64,000 bases of DNA from Eledone cirrhosa (lineage: Eukaryota), in the NCBI GenBank assembly GCA_964016885.1, contig CAXHJY010000096.1:1364001-1428000 (forward strand), read 5' to 3'. A program made the position numbers and the translations under genes. Below the pieces are notes generated by a model. It did not search any database and was not told where the DNA came from. It saw only the letters and a program-made list of their open reading frames with translations. How positions within the stretch are numbered: position 1 is the first letter of the stretch; each line of letters opens with the position of its first letter. This document shows positions 9,801-22,600 of this stretch, piece after piece.

Positions 9801-12800
9801 CAAGGAGAGGTAATTTCTAGCCGTCCAAGGGGAGATAATTGCCAGCCGTCCAAGGGGAGATAATTTCCAGCCGTCCAAGGGGAGATAATTTTTTTTAAAA
9901 AATCAGGCGGAGATAATTTGTAAAAAAAATCAGGGGGAGATAATTTGTAAACAAAATCAGGGGGAGATAATTTGTAAAAAAAAATCAGGGGGAGATAATT
10001 TGTAAAAAAAATCATGGAGAGATAATTTCCAGCCGTCCAAGGTGAGATAATTTCCAGCCGTCCAAGGAGACATATTTTCCAGCCGTCCAAGGCGAGGTAA
10101 TTTCTAGCCGTCCAAGGGGAGATAAATTCCAGCCTCCAAGGGGAGATAATTTCCAGCCAGCCAAGTGGAGATAATTTGTAAAAAAATCAGGGGGAGATAA
10201 TTTGTAAAAAATATCAGGGAGATAATTTGTAAAAAAAAATCAGGGGGAGATAATTTGTAAAAAAAATCAGGGGGAGATAATTTGTAAAAAAAAATCAGGG
10301 GGAGATAATTTGTAAAAAAAATCAAGGGGAGATAATTTCCAGCCGTCCAAGGGGAGATAATTTTCAGCCGTCCAAGGGGAGATAATTTCCCGCCAGCCAA
10401 GGGAAGATAATATTTAAAAAAATCAGGCGGAGATAATTTGTAAAAAAAATCAGGGGGAGATAATTTGTAAAAAAATCAGGGGGAGATAATTTGTAAAAAA
10501 AAAATCAGGGGGAGATAATTTGTAAAAAAAATCAGGGGGAGATAATTTGTAAAAAAAAATCAGGGATAGATAATTTGTAAACAAAAATCAGGGGGAGATA
10601 ATTTGTAAAAAAAAATCAGGGGGAGATAATTTGTAAAAAAAATGAAAGGGGAGATAATATCCAGCAGTCCAAGGGGAGATAATTTCCAGCCGTCCAAGGG
10701 GATATAATTTCCAGCCGTCCAAGGGGAGATAATTTCCATCCTTCCAAGGGGATATAATTTCCAGCCGTCCAAGGGGAGATAATTTCCCGCCAGCCAAGGG
10801 AAGATAATTTTTAAAAAAATCAGGCGGAGATTGTAAAAAAAATCAGGGGGGAGATAATTTGTAAAAAAATCAGGGGGAGATAATTTGTAAAAAATAATCA
10901 GGGGGAGATAATTTGTAAAAAAATTCAAGGGGAGATAATTTCCAGCCGTCCAAGGGGAGATAATTTCCCGCCAGCCAAGGGAAGATAATATTTAAAAAAA
11001 TTAGGCGGAGATAATTTGTAAAAAAAATCAGGGGGAGATAATTTGTAAAAAAATCAGGGGGAGATAATTTGTAAAAAAAATCAGGGGGAGATAATTTGTA
11101 AAAAAAATCATGGGGAGATAATTTGTAAAAAAAAATCAGGGGTAGATAATTTGTAAAAAAAAATCAGGGGGAGATAATTTGTAAAAAAAAATCAGGGGGA
11201 GATAATTTGTAAAAAAAATCAAGGGGAGATAATATCCAGCCGTCCAAGGAGAGATAATTTTAAAAAAAAATGAGGCGGAGATAATTTGTAAAAAAAAAAT
11301 CAGGGGGAGTTAATTTGTAAAAAAAAATGAGGGGGAGATAATTTGTAAAAAAAATCAAGGGGAGATAATTTCCAGCCGTCCAAGGGGAGATAATTTTCAG
11401 CCGTCCAAGGAGAGGTAATTTCTAGCCGTCCAAGGGGAGATAATTTCCAGCCGTCCAAGGGGAGGTAATTTCCAGCCGTCCAAGGGGAGATAATTTTAAA
11501 AAAAAAATCAGGCGGAGATAATTTGTAAAAAAAATCAAGGGGAGATAATTTGCAGCCGTCCAAGGGGAGATAATTTTCAGTCGTCCAAGGAGAGGTAATT
11601 TCTAGCCGTCCAAGGGGAGATAATTTCCAGCCGTCCAAGGGGAGATAATTTCCAGCCGTCCAAGGGGAGATAATTTTTTTTAAAAAATCAGGCGGAGATA
11701 ATTTGTAAAAAAAATCAGGGGGAGATAATTTGTAAACAAAATCAGGGGGAGATAATTTGTAAAAAAAAATCAGGGGGAGATAATTTGTAAAAAAAATTAG
11801 GCGTAGATAATTTGTAAAAAAAAATCAGGGGGAGATAATTTGTAAAAAAAAATCAGGGGGAGATAATTTGTTTAAAAAATCAAGGGGAGATAATTTGCAG
11901 CCGTCCAAGGGGAGATAATTTTCAGCCGTCCAAGGAGAGGTAATTTCTAGCCGTTCAAGGGGAGATAATTTCCAGCCGTCCAAGGGGAGATAATTTCCAG
12001 CCGTCCAAGGGGAGATAATTTTTTTTAAAAAATCAGGCGGAGATAATTTGTAAAAAAAAATCAGGGGGAGATAATTCGTAAAAAAAAATCAGGGGGAGAT
12101 AATTTGTAAAAAAAAATCAGGGGGAGATAATTTGTAAAAAAAATCAAGGGGAGATAATTTCCAGCCGTCCAAGGGGAGGTAATATCTAGCCGTCCAAGGG
12201 GAGATAATTTCCAGCCGTCCAAGGGGAGATAATTTCCAGCCGTCCAAGGGGAGATAATTTCCAGCCGTCCAAGGAGACATATTTTCCAGCCGTCCAAGGC
12301 GAGGTAATTTCTAGCCGTCCAAGGGGAGATTAATTCCAGCCTCCAAGGGGAGATAATTTCCAGCCAGCCAAGGGGAGATAATTTGTAAAAAAATCAGGGG
12401 GAGATAATTTGTAAAAAATATCAGGGAGATAATTTGTAAAAAAAAATCAGGGGGAGATAATTTGTAAAAAAAATCAGGGGGAGATAATTTGTAAAAAAAA
12501 ATCAGGGGGAGATAATTTGTAAAAAAAATCAAGGGGAGATAATTTCCAGCCGTCCAAGGGGAGATAATTTTCAGCCGTCCAAGGAGAGGTAATTTCTAAC
12601 CGTCCGAGGAGAGATAATTTCCAGCCGTCCAAGGGGAGATAATTTCCAGCCGTCCAAGGGGAGATAATTTCCAGCCGTCCAAGGAGACATATTTTCCAGC
12701 CGTCCAAGGAGAGGTAATTTCTAGCCGTCCAAGGGGAGATAAATTCCAGCCTCCAAGGGGAGATAATTTCCAGCCAGCCAAGGGGAGATAATTTGTAAAA

Positions 12801-13605
12801 AAATCAGGGGGAGATAATTTGCAAAAAAAATCAGGGGGAGATAATTTGTAAAAAAAATCAGGGGGAGATAATTTGTAAAAAATAATCAGGGGGAGATAAT
12901 TTCCAGCCCTCCAAGGGGCTATAATTTCCAGTGTCCAAGGGGAGATAATTTCCAGCCAGCGAAGGGGAGATAATTTTTTTTTAAAAATCATTGGGAGATT
13001 TGTAAAAAAAATCAGGGGGAGATAATTTGTAAAAAAAATCAAGGGGAGATAATTTCCAGCCGTCCAAGGGGAGGTAATATCTAGCCGTCCAAGGGTAGAT
13101 AATTTCCAGCCGTCCAACGGGAGATAATTTCCAGCCGTCCAAGGGTAGATAATATCCAGCCGCCCAAGGACATATTTTCCAGCCGTCCAAGGAGAGGTAA
13201 TTTCTAGCCGTCCAAGGGGAGATAATTTCCAGCCGTCCAAGGGTAGATAATATCCAGCCGTCCAAGGACATATTTTCCAGCCGTCCAAGGAGAGGTAATT
13301 TCTAGCCGTCCAAGGGGAGATAAATTCCAGCCTCCAAGGGGAGATAATTTCCAGCCAGCCAAGGGGAGATAATTTGTAAAAAAATCAGGGGGAGATAATT
13401 TGTAAAAAAAATCAGGGGGAGATAATTTGTAAAAAAAAATCAGGGGGAGATAATTTGTAAAAAAAAATCAGGGTGAGATAATTTGCAAAAAAAATCAGGG
13501 GGAGATAATTTGTAAAAAAAAATCAGGGGTAGATAATTTGTAAAAAAAAATCAGGGGGAGATAATTTGTAAAAAAAAATCAGGGGGAGATAATTTGTAAA
13601 AAAAA
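6847..13605 (+). repeat. Higher-order repeat copy 2 (6759 bp)
   Basis: Same order of variant monomers as copy 1. It differs by whole-monomer indels (-55 bp near 6910, +50 bp near 11420, -25 bp near 12900) and shares rare variants with copy 1 (TAGCTGTCC ~1751/8485; CAGCAGTCC ~3928/10662). Confidence 0.93.
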
Positions 13606-16600
13606 TCAAGGGGAGATAATTTCCAGCCGTCCAAGGAGAGATAATTTAAAAAAAAATCAGGCGGAGATAATTTGTAAAAAAAAATCAGGGGGAGATAATT
13701 TGTAAAAAAAATCAGGGGGAGATAATTTGTAAAAAAAAATCAGGGGTAGATAATTTGTAAAAAAAAATCAGGGGGAGATAATTTGTAAAAAAAAATCAGG
13801 AGGAGATAATTTGTAAAAAAAATCAAGGGGAGATAATTTCCAGCCGTCCAAGGAGAGATAATTTAAAAAAAAATCAGGCGGAGATAATTTGTAAAAAAAA
13901 ATCAGGGGGAGATAATTTGTAAAAAAAAATCAGGGGGAGATAATTTGTAAAAAAAATCAAGGGGAGATAATTTCCAGCCGTCCAAGGGGAGATAATTTTC
14001 AGCCGTCCAAGGGGAGATAATTTCCCGCCAGCCAAGGGAAGATAATATTCAAAAAAATCAGGCGGAAATAATTTGTAAAAAAAATCAGGGGGAGATAATT
14101 TGTAAAAAAATCAGGGGGAGATAATTTGTAAAAAAAAAAATCAGGGGGAGATAATTTGTAAAAAAAATCAGGGGGAGATAATTTGTAAAAAAAATCAGGG
14201 GTAGATAATTTGTAAAAAAAAATCAGGGGGAGATAATTTGTAAAAAAAAATCAGGGGGAGATAATTTGTAAAAAAAATGAAAGGGGAGATAATATCCAGC
14301 CGTCCAAGGGGAGATAATTTCCAGCCGTCCAAGGGGAGATAATTTCCAGCCGTCCAAGGGGAGATAATTTCCATCCTTCCAAGGGGATATAATTTCCAGC
14401 CGTCCAAGGGGAGATAATTTCCATCCTTCCAAGGGGATATAATTTCCAGCCGTCCAAGGGGAGATAATTTTCAGCCGTCCAAGGAGAGGTAATTTCTAGC
14501 CGTCCAAGGAGAGATAATTTCCAGCCGTCCAAGGGGAGATAATTTCCAGCCGTCCAAGGGGAGATAATTTCCAGCCGTCCAAGGAGACATATTTTCCAGC
14601 CGTCCAAGGAGAGGTAATTCCTAGCCGTCCAAGGGGAGATAAATTCCAGCCTCCAAGGGGAGATAATTTCCAGCCAGCCAAGGGGAGATAATTTGTAAAA
14701 AAAATCAGGGGGAGATAATTTGTAAAAAAAATCAGGGGGAGATAATTTGTAAAAAAAAATCAGGGGTAGATAATTTGTAAAAAATAATCAGGGGGAGATA
14801 ATTTGTAAAAAAAATCAAGGGGAGATAATTTCCAGCCGTCCAAGGGGAGATAATTTTCAGCCGTCCAAGGGGAGATAATTTCCCGCCAGCCAAGGAAAGA
14901 TAATATTTAAAAAAATTAGGCGGAGATAATTTGTAAAAAAAATCAGGGGGAGATAATTTGTAAAAAAATCAGGGGGAGATAATTTGTAAAAAAAATCAGG
15001 GGGAGATAATTTATAAAAAAATCAGGGGGAGATAATTTGTAAAAAAAAATCAGGGGGAGATAATTTGTAAAAAAAATCAAGGGGAGATAATTTCCAGCCG
15101 TCCAAGGGAAGATAATTTCCAGCCCTCCAAGGGGCTATAATTTCCAGCGTCCAAGGGGAGATAATTTCCAGCCAGCGAAGGGGAGATAATTTTTTTTAAA
15201 AAATCATTGGGAGATTTGTAAAAAAAATCAGGGGGAGATAATTTGTAAAAAAAATCAAGGGGAGATAATTTCCAGCCGTCCAAGGGGAGGTAATATCTAG
15301 CCGTCCAAGGGGAGATAATTTCCAGCCGTCCAAGGGGAGATAATTTCCAGCCGTCCAAGGGTAGATAATATCCAGCCGTCCAAGGACATATTTTCCAGCC
15401 GTCCAAGGAGAGGTAATTTCTAGCCGTCCAAGAGGAGATAAATTCCAGCCTCCAAGGTGAGATAATTTCCAGCCAGCCAAGGGGAGATAATTTGTAAAAA
15501 AATCAGGGGGAGATAATTTGTAAAAAAAATCAGGGGGAGATAATTTGTAAAAAAAAATCAGGGGGAGATAATTTGTAAAAAAAAATCAGGGGGAGATAAT
15601 TTGTAAAAAAAAATCAGGGGGAGATAATTTGTAAAAAAATCAAGGGGAGATAATTTCCAGCCGTCCAAGGGGAGATAATTTTCAGCCGTCCAAGGGGAGA
15701 TAATTTCCCGCCAGCCAAGGGAAGATAATATTTGAAAAAATCAGGCGGAGATAATTTGTAAAAAAAATCAGGGGGAGATAATTTGTAAAAAAATCAGGGG
15801 GAGATAATTTGTAAAAAAAAAATCAGGGGGAGATAATTTGTAAAAAGAATCAGGGGGAGATAATTTGTAAAAAAAAATCAGGGGTAGATAAATTGTAAAA
15901 AAAAATCAGGGGGAGATAATTTGTAAAAAAAATCAGGGGGAGATAATTTGTAAAAAAAATGAAAGGGGAGATAATATCCAGCCGTCCAAGGGGAGATAAT
16001 TTCCAGCCGTCCAAGGGGAGATAATTTCCAGCCGTCCAAGGGGAGATAATTTCCATCCTTCCAAGGGGATATAATTTCCAGCCGTCCAAGGGGAGATAAT
16101 TTCCCGCCAGCCAAGGGAAGATAATTTTTAAAAAAATCAGGCGGAGATTGTAAAAAAAATCAGGGGGGAGATAATTTGTAAAAAAATCAGGGGGAGATAA
16201 TTTGTAAAAAAAAATCAGGGGGAGATAATTTGTAAAAAATAATCAGGGGGAGATAATTTGTAAAAAAAAATCAAGGGGAGATAATTTCCAGCCGTCCAAG
16301 GGGAGATAATTTCCCGCCAGCCAAGGGAAGATAATATTTAAAAAAATTAGGCGGAGATAATTTGTAAAAAAAATCAGGGGGAGATAATTTGTAAAAAAAT
16401 CAGGGGGAGATAATTTGTAAAAAAAATCAGGGGGAGATAATTTGTAAAAAAATTCATGGGGAGATAATTTGTAAAAAAAAATCAGGGGTAGATAATTTGT
16501 AAAAAAAAATCAGGGGGAGATAATTTGTAAAAAAAAATCAGGGGGAGATAATTTGTAAAAAAAATCAAGGGGAGATAATTTCCAGCCGTCCAAGGGGAGA

Positions 16601-19600
16601 TAATTTTCAGCCGTCCAAGGAGAGGTAATTTCTAGCCGTCCAAGGGGAGATAATTTCCAGCCGTCCAAGGGGAGGTAATTTCCAGCCGTCCAAGGGGAGA
16701 TAATTTTAAAAAAAAAATCAGGCGGAGATAATTTGTAAAAAAAATCAAGGGGAGATAATTTGCAGCCGTCCAAGGGGAGATAATTTTCAGTCGTCCAAGG
16801 AGAGGTAATTTCTAGCCGTCCAAGGGGAGATAATTGCCAGCCGTCCAAGGGGAGATAATTTCCAGCCGTCCAAGGGGAGATAATTTTTTTTAAAAAATCA
16901 GGCGGAGATAATTTGTAAAAAAAATCAGGGGGAGATAATTTGTAAACAAAATCAGGGGGAGATAATTTGTAAAAAAAAATCAGGGGGAGATAATTTGTAA
17001 AAAAAATCATGGAGAGATAATTTCCAGCCGTCCAAGGTGAGATAATTTCCAGCCGTCCAAGGAGACATATTTTCCAGCCGTCCAAGGCGAGGTAATTTCT
17101 AGCCGTCCAAGGGGAGATAAATTCCAGCCTCCAAGGGGAGATAATTTCCAGCCAGCCAAGTGGAGATAATTTGTAAAAAAATCAGGGGGAGATAATTTGT
17201 AAAAAATATCAGGGAGATAATTTGTAAAAAAAAATCAGGGGAAATAATTTGTAAAAAAAATCAGGGGGAGATAATTTGTAAAAAAAAATCAGGGGGAGAT
17301 AATTTGTAAAAAAAATCAAGGGGAGATAATTTCCAGCCGTCCAAGGGGAGATAATTTTCAGCCGTCCAAGGGGAGATAATTTCCCGCCAGCCAAGGGAAG
17401 ATAATATTTAAAAAAATCAGGCGGAGATAATTTGTAAAAAAAATCAGGGGGAGATAATTTCCAGCCGTCCAAGGGGAGATAATTTTCAGCCGTCCAAGGA
17501 GAGGTAATTTCTAGCCGTCCAAGGGGAGATAATTTCCAGCCGTCCAAGGGGAGGTAATTTCCAGCCGTCCAAGGGAAGATAATTTTAAAAAAAATCAAGG
17601 GGAGATAATTTGCAGCCGTCCAAGGGGAGATAATTTTCAGTCGTCCAAGGAGAGGTAATTTCTAGCCGTCCAAGGGGAGATAATTTCCAGCCGTCCAAGG
17701 GGAGATAATTTCCAGCCGTCCAAGGGGAGATAATTTTTTTTAAAAAATCAGGCGGAGATAATTTGTAAAAAAAATCAGGGGGAGATAATTTGTAAACAAA
17801 ATCAGGGGGAGATAATTTGTAAAAAAAAATCAGGGGGAGATAATTTGTAAAAAAAATTAGGCGTAGATAATTTGTAAAAAAAAATCAGGGGGAGATAATT
17901 TGTAAAAAAAAATCAGGGGGAGATAATTTGTTTAAAAAATCAAGGGGAGATAATTTGCAGCCGTCCAAGGGGAGATAATTTTCAGCCGTCCAAGGAGAGG
18001 TAATTTCTAGCCGTTCAAGGGGAGATAATTTCCAGCCGTCCAAGGGGAGATAATTTCCAGCCGTCCAAGGGGAGATAATTTTTTTTAAAAAATCAGGCGG
18101 AGATAATTTGTAAAAAAAAATCAGGGGGAGATAATTCGTAAAAAAAAATCAGGGGGAGATAATTTGTAAAAAAAAATCAGGGGGAGATAATTTGTAAAAA
18201 AAATCAAGGGGAGATAATTTCCAGCCGTCCAAGGGGAGGTAATATCTAGCCGTCCAAGGGGAGATAATTTCCAGCCGTCCAAGGGGAGATAATTTCCAGC
18301 CGTCCAAGGGGAGATAATTTCCAGCCGTCCAAGGAGACATATTTTCCAGCCGTCCAAGGCGAGGTAATTTCTAGCCGTCCAAGGGGAGATTAATTCCAGC
18401 CTCCAAGGGGAGATAATTTCCAGCCAGCCAAGGGGAGATAATTTGTAAAAAAATCAGGGGGAGATAATTTGTAAAAAATATCAGGGAGATAATTTGTAAA
18501 AAAAAATCAGGGGGAGATAATTTGTAAAAAAAATCAGGGGGAGATAATTTGTAAAAAAAAATCAGGGGGAGATAATTTGTAAAAAAAATCAAGGGGAGAT
18601 AATTTCCAGCCGTCCAAGGGGAGATAATTTTCAGCCGTCCAAGGAGAGGTAATTTCTAACCGTCCGAGGAGAGATAATTTCCAGCCGTCCAAGGGGAGAT
18701 AATTTCCAGCCGTCCAAGGGGAGATAATTTCCAGCCGTCCAAGGAGACATATTTTCCAGCCGTCCAAGGAGAGGTAATTTCTAGCCGTCCAAGGGGAGAT
18801 AAATTCCAGCCTCCAAGGGGAGATAATTTCCAGCCAGCCAAGGGGAGATAATTTGTAAAAAAATCAGGGGGAGATAATTTGCAAAAAAAATCAGGGGGAG
18901 ATAATTTGTAAAAAAAATCAGGGGGAGATAATTTGTAAAAAATAATCAGGGGGAGATAATTTCCAGCCCTCCAAGGGGCTATAATTTCCAGTGTCCAAGG
19001 GGAGATAATTTCCAGCCAGCGAAGGGGAGATAATATTTTTTTAAAAATCATTGGGAGATTTGTAAAAAAAATCAGGGGGAGATAATTTGTAAAAAAAATC
19101 AAGGGGAGATAATTTCCAGCCGTCCAAGGGGAGGTAATATCTAGCCGTCCAAGGGTAGATAATTTCCAGCCGTCCAACGGGAGATAATTTCCAGCCGTCC
19201 AAGGGTAGATAATATCCAGCCGCCCAAGGACATATTTTCCAGCCGTCCAAGGAGAGGTAATTTCTAGCCGTCCAAGGGGAGATAATTTCCAGCCGTCCAA
19301 GGGTAGATAATATCCAGCCGTCCAAGGACATATTTTCCAGCCGTCCAAGGAGAGGTAATTTCTAGCCGTCCAAGGGGAGATAAATTCCAGCCTCCAAGGG
19401 GAGATAATTTCCAGCCAGCCAAGGGGAGATAATTTGTAAAAAAATCAGGGGGAGATAATTTGTAAAAAAAATCAGGGGGAGATAATTTGTAAAAAAAAAT
19501 CAGGGGGAGATAATTTGTAAAAAAAAATCAGGGTGAGATAATTTGCAAAAAAAATCAGGGGGAGATAATTTGTAAAAAAAAATCAGGGGTAGATAATTTG

Positions 19601-19665
19601 TAAAAAAAAATCAGGGGGAGATAATTTGTAAAAAAAAATCAGGGGGAGATAATTTGTAAAAAAAA
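13606..19665 (+). repeat. Higher-order repeat copy 3 (6060 bp; +183 bp at ~15650 and ~905-bp deletion at ~17460 relative to copy 2)
   Basis: ORF offsets of 6060 (12061->18121, 12596->18656, 14195->20255). Junction sequences are visible at 15640-15850 and 17444-17470. Confidence 0.9.
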
Positions 19666-22600
19666 TCAAGGGGAGATAATTTCCAGCCGTCCAAGGAGAG
19701 ATAATTTAAAAAAAATTCAGGCGGAGATAATTTGTAAAAAAAAATCAGGGGGAGATAATTTGTAAAAAAAATCAGGGGGAGATAATTTGTAAAAAAAAAT
19801 CAGGGGTAGATAATTTGTAAAAAAAAATCAGGGGGAGATAATTTGTAAAAAAAAATCAGGAGGAGATAATTTGTAAAAAAAATCAAGGGGAGATAATTTC
19901 CAGCCGTCCAAGGAGAGATAATTTAAAAAAAAATCAGGCGGAGATAATTTGTAAAAAAAAATCAGGGGGAGATAATTTGTAAAAAAAAATCAGGGGGAGA
20001 TAATTTGTAAAAAAAATCAAGGGGAGATAATTTCCAGCCGTCCAAGGGGAGATAATTTTCAGCCGTCCAAGGGGAGATAATTTCCCGCCAGCCAAGGGAA
20101 GATAATATTCAAAAAAATCAGGCGGAGATAATTTGTAAAAAAAATCAGGGGGAGATAATTTGTAAAAAAATCAGGGGGAGATAATTTGTAAAAAAAAAAA
20201 TCAGGGGGAGATAATTTGTAAAAAAAATCAGGGGGAGATAATTTGTAAAAAAAATCAGGGGTAGATAATTTGTAAAAAAAAATCAGGGGGAGATAATTTG
20301 TAAAAAAAAATCAGGGGGAGATAATTTGTAAAAAAAATGAAAGGGGAGATAATATCCAGCCGTCCAAGGGGAGATAATTTCCAGCCGTCCAAGGGGAGAT
20401 AATTTCCAGCCGTCCAAGGGGAGATAATTTCCATCCTTCCAAGGGGATATAATTTCCAGCCGTCCAAGGGGAGATAATTTCCATCCTTCCAAGGGGATAT
20501 AATTTCCAGCCGTCCAAGGGGAGATAATTTTCAGCCGTCCAAGGAGAGGTAATTTCTAGCCGTCCAAGGAGAGATAATTTCCAGCTGTCCAAGGGGAGAT
20601 AATTTCCAGCCGTCCAAGGGGAGATAATTTCCAGCCGTCCAAGGAGACATATTTTCCAGCCGTCCAAGGAGAGGTAATTCCTAGCCGTCCAAGGGGAGAT
20701 AAATTCCAGCCTCCAAGGGGAGATAATTTCCAGCCAGCCAAGGGGAGATAATTTGTAAAAAAAATCAGGGGGAGATAATTTGTAAAAAAAATCAGGGGGA
20801 GATAATTTGTAAAAAAAAATCAGGGGTAGATAATTTGTAAAAAATAATCAGGGGGAGATAATTTGTAAAAAAAATCAAGGGGAGATAATTTCCAGCCGTC
20901 CAAGGGGAGATAATTTTCAGCCGTCCAAGGGGAGATAATTTCCCGCCAGCCAAGGGAAGATAATATTTAAAAAAATTAGGCGGAGATAATTTGTAAAAAA
21001 AATCAGGGGGAGATAATTTGTAAAAAAATCAGGGGGAGATAATTTGTAAAAAAAATCAGGGGGAGATAATTTGTAAAAAAAATCAGGGGGAGATAATTTG
21101 TAAAAAAAAATCAGGGGGAGATAATTTGTAAAAAAAATCAAGGGGAGATAATTTCCAGCCGTCCAAGGGAAGATAATTTCCAGCCCTCCAAGGGGCTATA
21201 ATTTCCAGCGTCCAAGGGGAGATAATTTCCAGCCAGCGAAGGGGAGATAATTTTTTTTAAAAAATCATTGGGAGATTTGTAAAAAAAATCAGGGGGAGAT
21301 AATTTGTAAAAAAAATCAAGGGGAGATAATTTCCAGCCGTCCAAGGGGAGGTAATATCTAGCCGTCCAAGGGGAGATAATTTCCAGCCGTCCAAGGGGAG
21401 ATAATTTCCAGCCGTCCAAGGGTAGATAATATCCAGCCGTCCAAGGACATATTTTCCAGCCGTCCAAGGAGAGGTAATTTCTAGCCGTCCAAGGGGAGAT
21501 AAATTCCAGCCTCCAAGGTGAGATAATTTCCAGCCAGCCAAGGGGAGATAATTTGTAAAAAAATCAGGGGGAGATAATTTGTAAAAAAAATCAGGGGGAG
21601 ATAATTTGTAAAAAAAAATCAGGGGGAGATAATTTGTAAAAAAAAATCAGGGGGAGATAATTTGTAAAAAAAAATCAGGGGGAGATAATTTGTAAAAAAA
21701 TCAAGGGGAGATAATTTCCAGCCGTCCAAGGGGAGATAATTTTCAGCCGTCCAAGGGGAGATAATTTCCCGCCAGCCAAGGGAAGATAATATTTGAAAAA
21801 ATCAGGCGGAGATAATTTGTAAAAAAAATCAGGGGGAGATAATTTGTAAAAAAATCAGGGGGAGATAATTTGTAAAAAAAATCAGGGGGAGATAATTTGT
21901 AAAAAAAATGAAAGGGGAGATAATATCCAGCCGTCCAAGGGGAGATAATTTCCAGCCGTCCAAGGGGAGATAATTTCCAGCCGTCCAAGGGGAGATAATT
22001 TCCATCCTTCCAAGGGGATATAATTTCCAGCCGTCCAAGGGGAGATAATTTCCCGCCAGCCAAGGGAAGATAATTTTTAAAAAAATCAGGCGGAGATTGT
22101 AAAAAAAATCAGGGGGGAGATAATTTGTAAAAAAATCAGGGGGAGATAATTTGTAAAAAAAAATCAGGGGGAGATAATTTGTAAAAAATAATCAGGGGGA
22201 GATAATTTGTAAAAAAAAATCAAGGGGAGATAATTTCCAGCCGTCCAAGGGGAGATAATTTCCCGCCAGCCAAGGGAAGATAATATTTAAAAAAATTAGG
22301 CGGAGATAATTTGTAAAAAAAATCAGGGGGAGATAATTTGTAAAAAAATCAGGGGGAGATAATTTGTAAAAAAAATCAGGGGGAGATAATTTGTAAAAAA
22401 ATTCATGGGGAGATAATTTGTAAAAAAAAATCAGGGGTAGATAATTTGTAAAAAAAAATCAGGGGGAGATAATTTGTAAAAAAAAATCAGGGGGAGATAA
22501 TTTGTAAAAAAAATCAAGGGGAGATAATTTCCAGCCGTCCAAGGGGAGATAATTTTCAGCCGTCCAAGGAGAGGTAATTTCTAGCCGTCCAAGGGGAGAT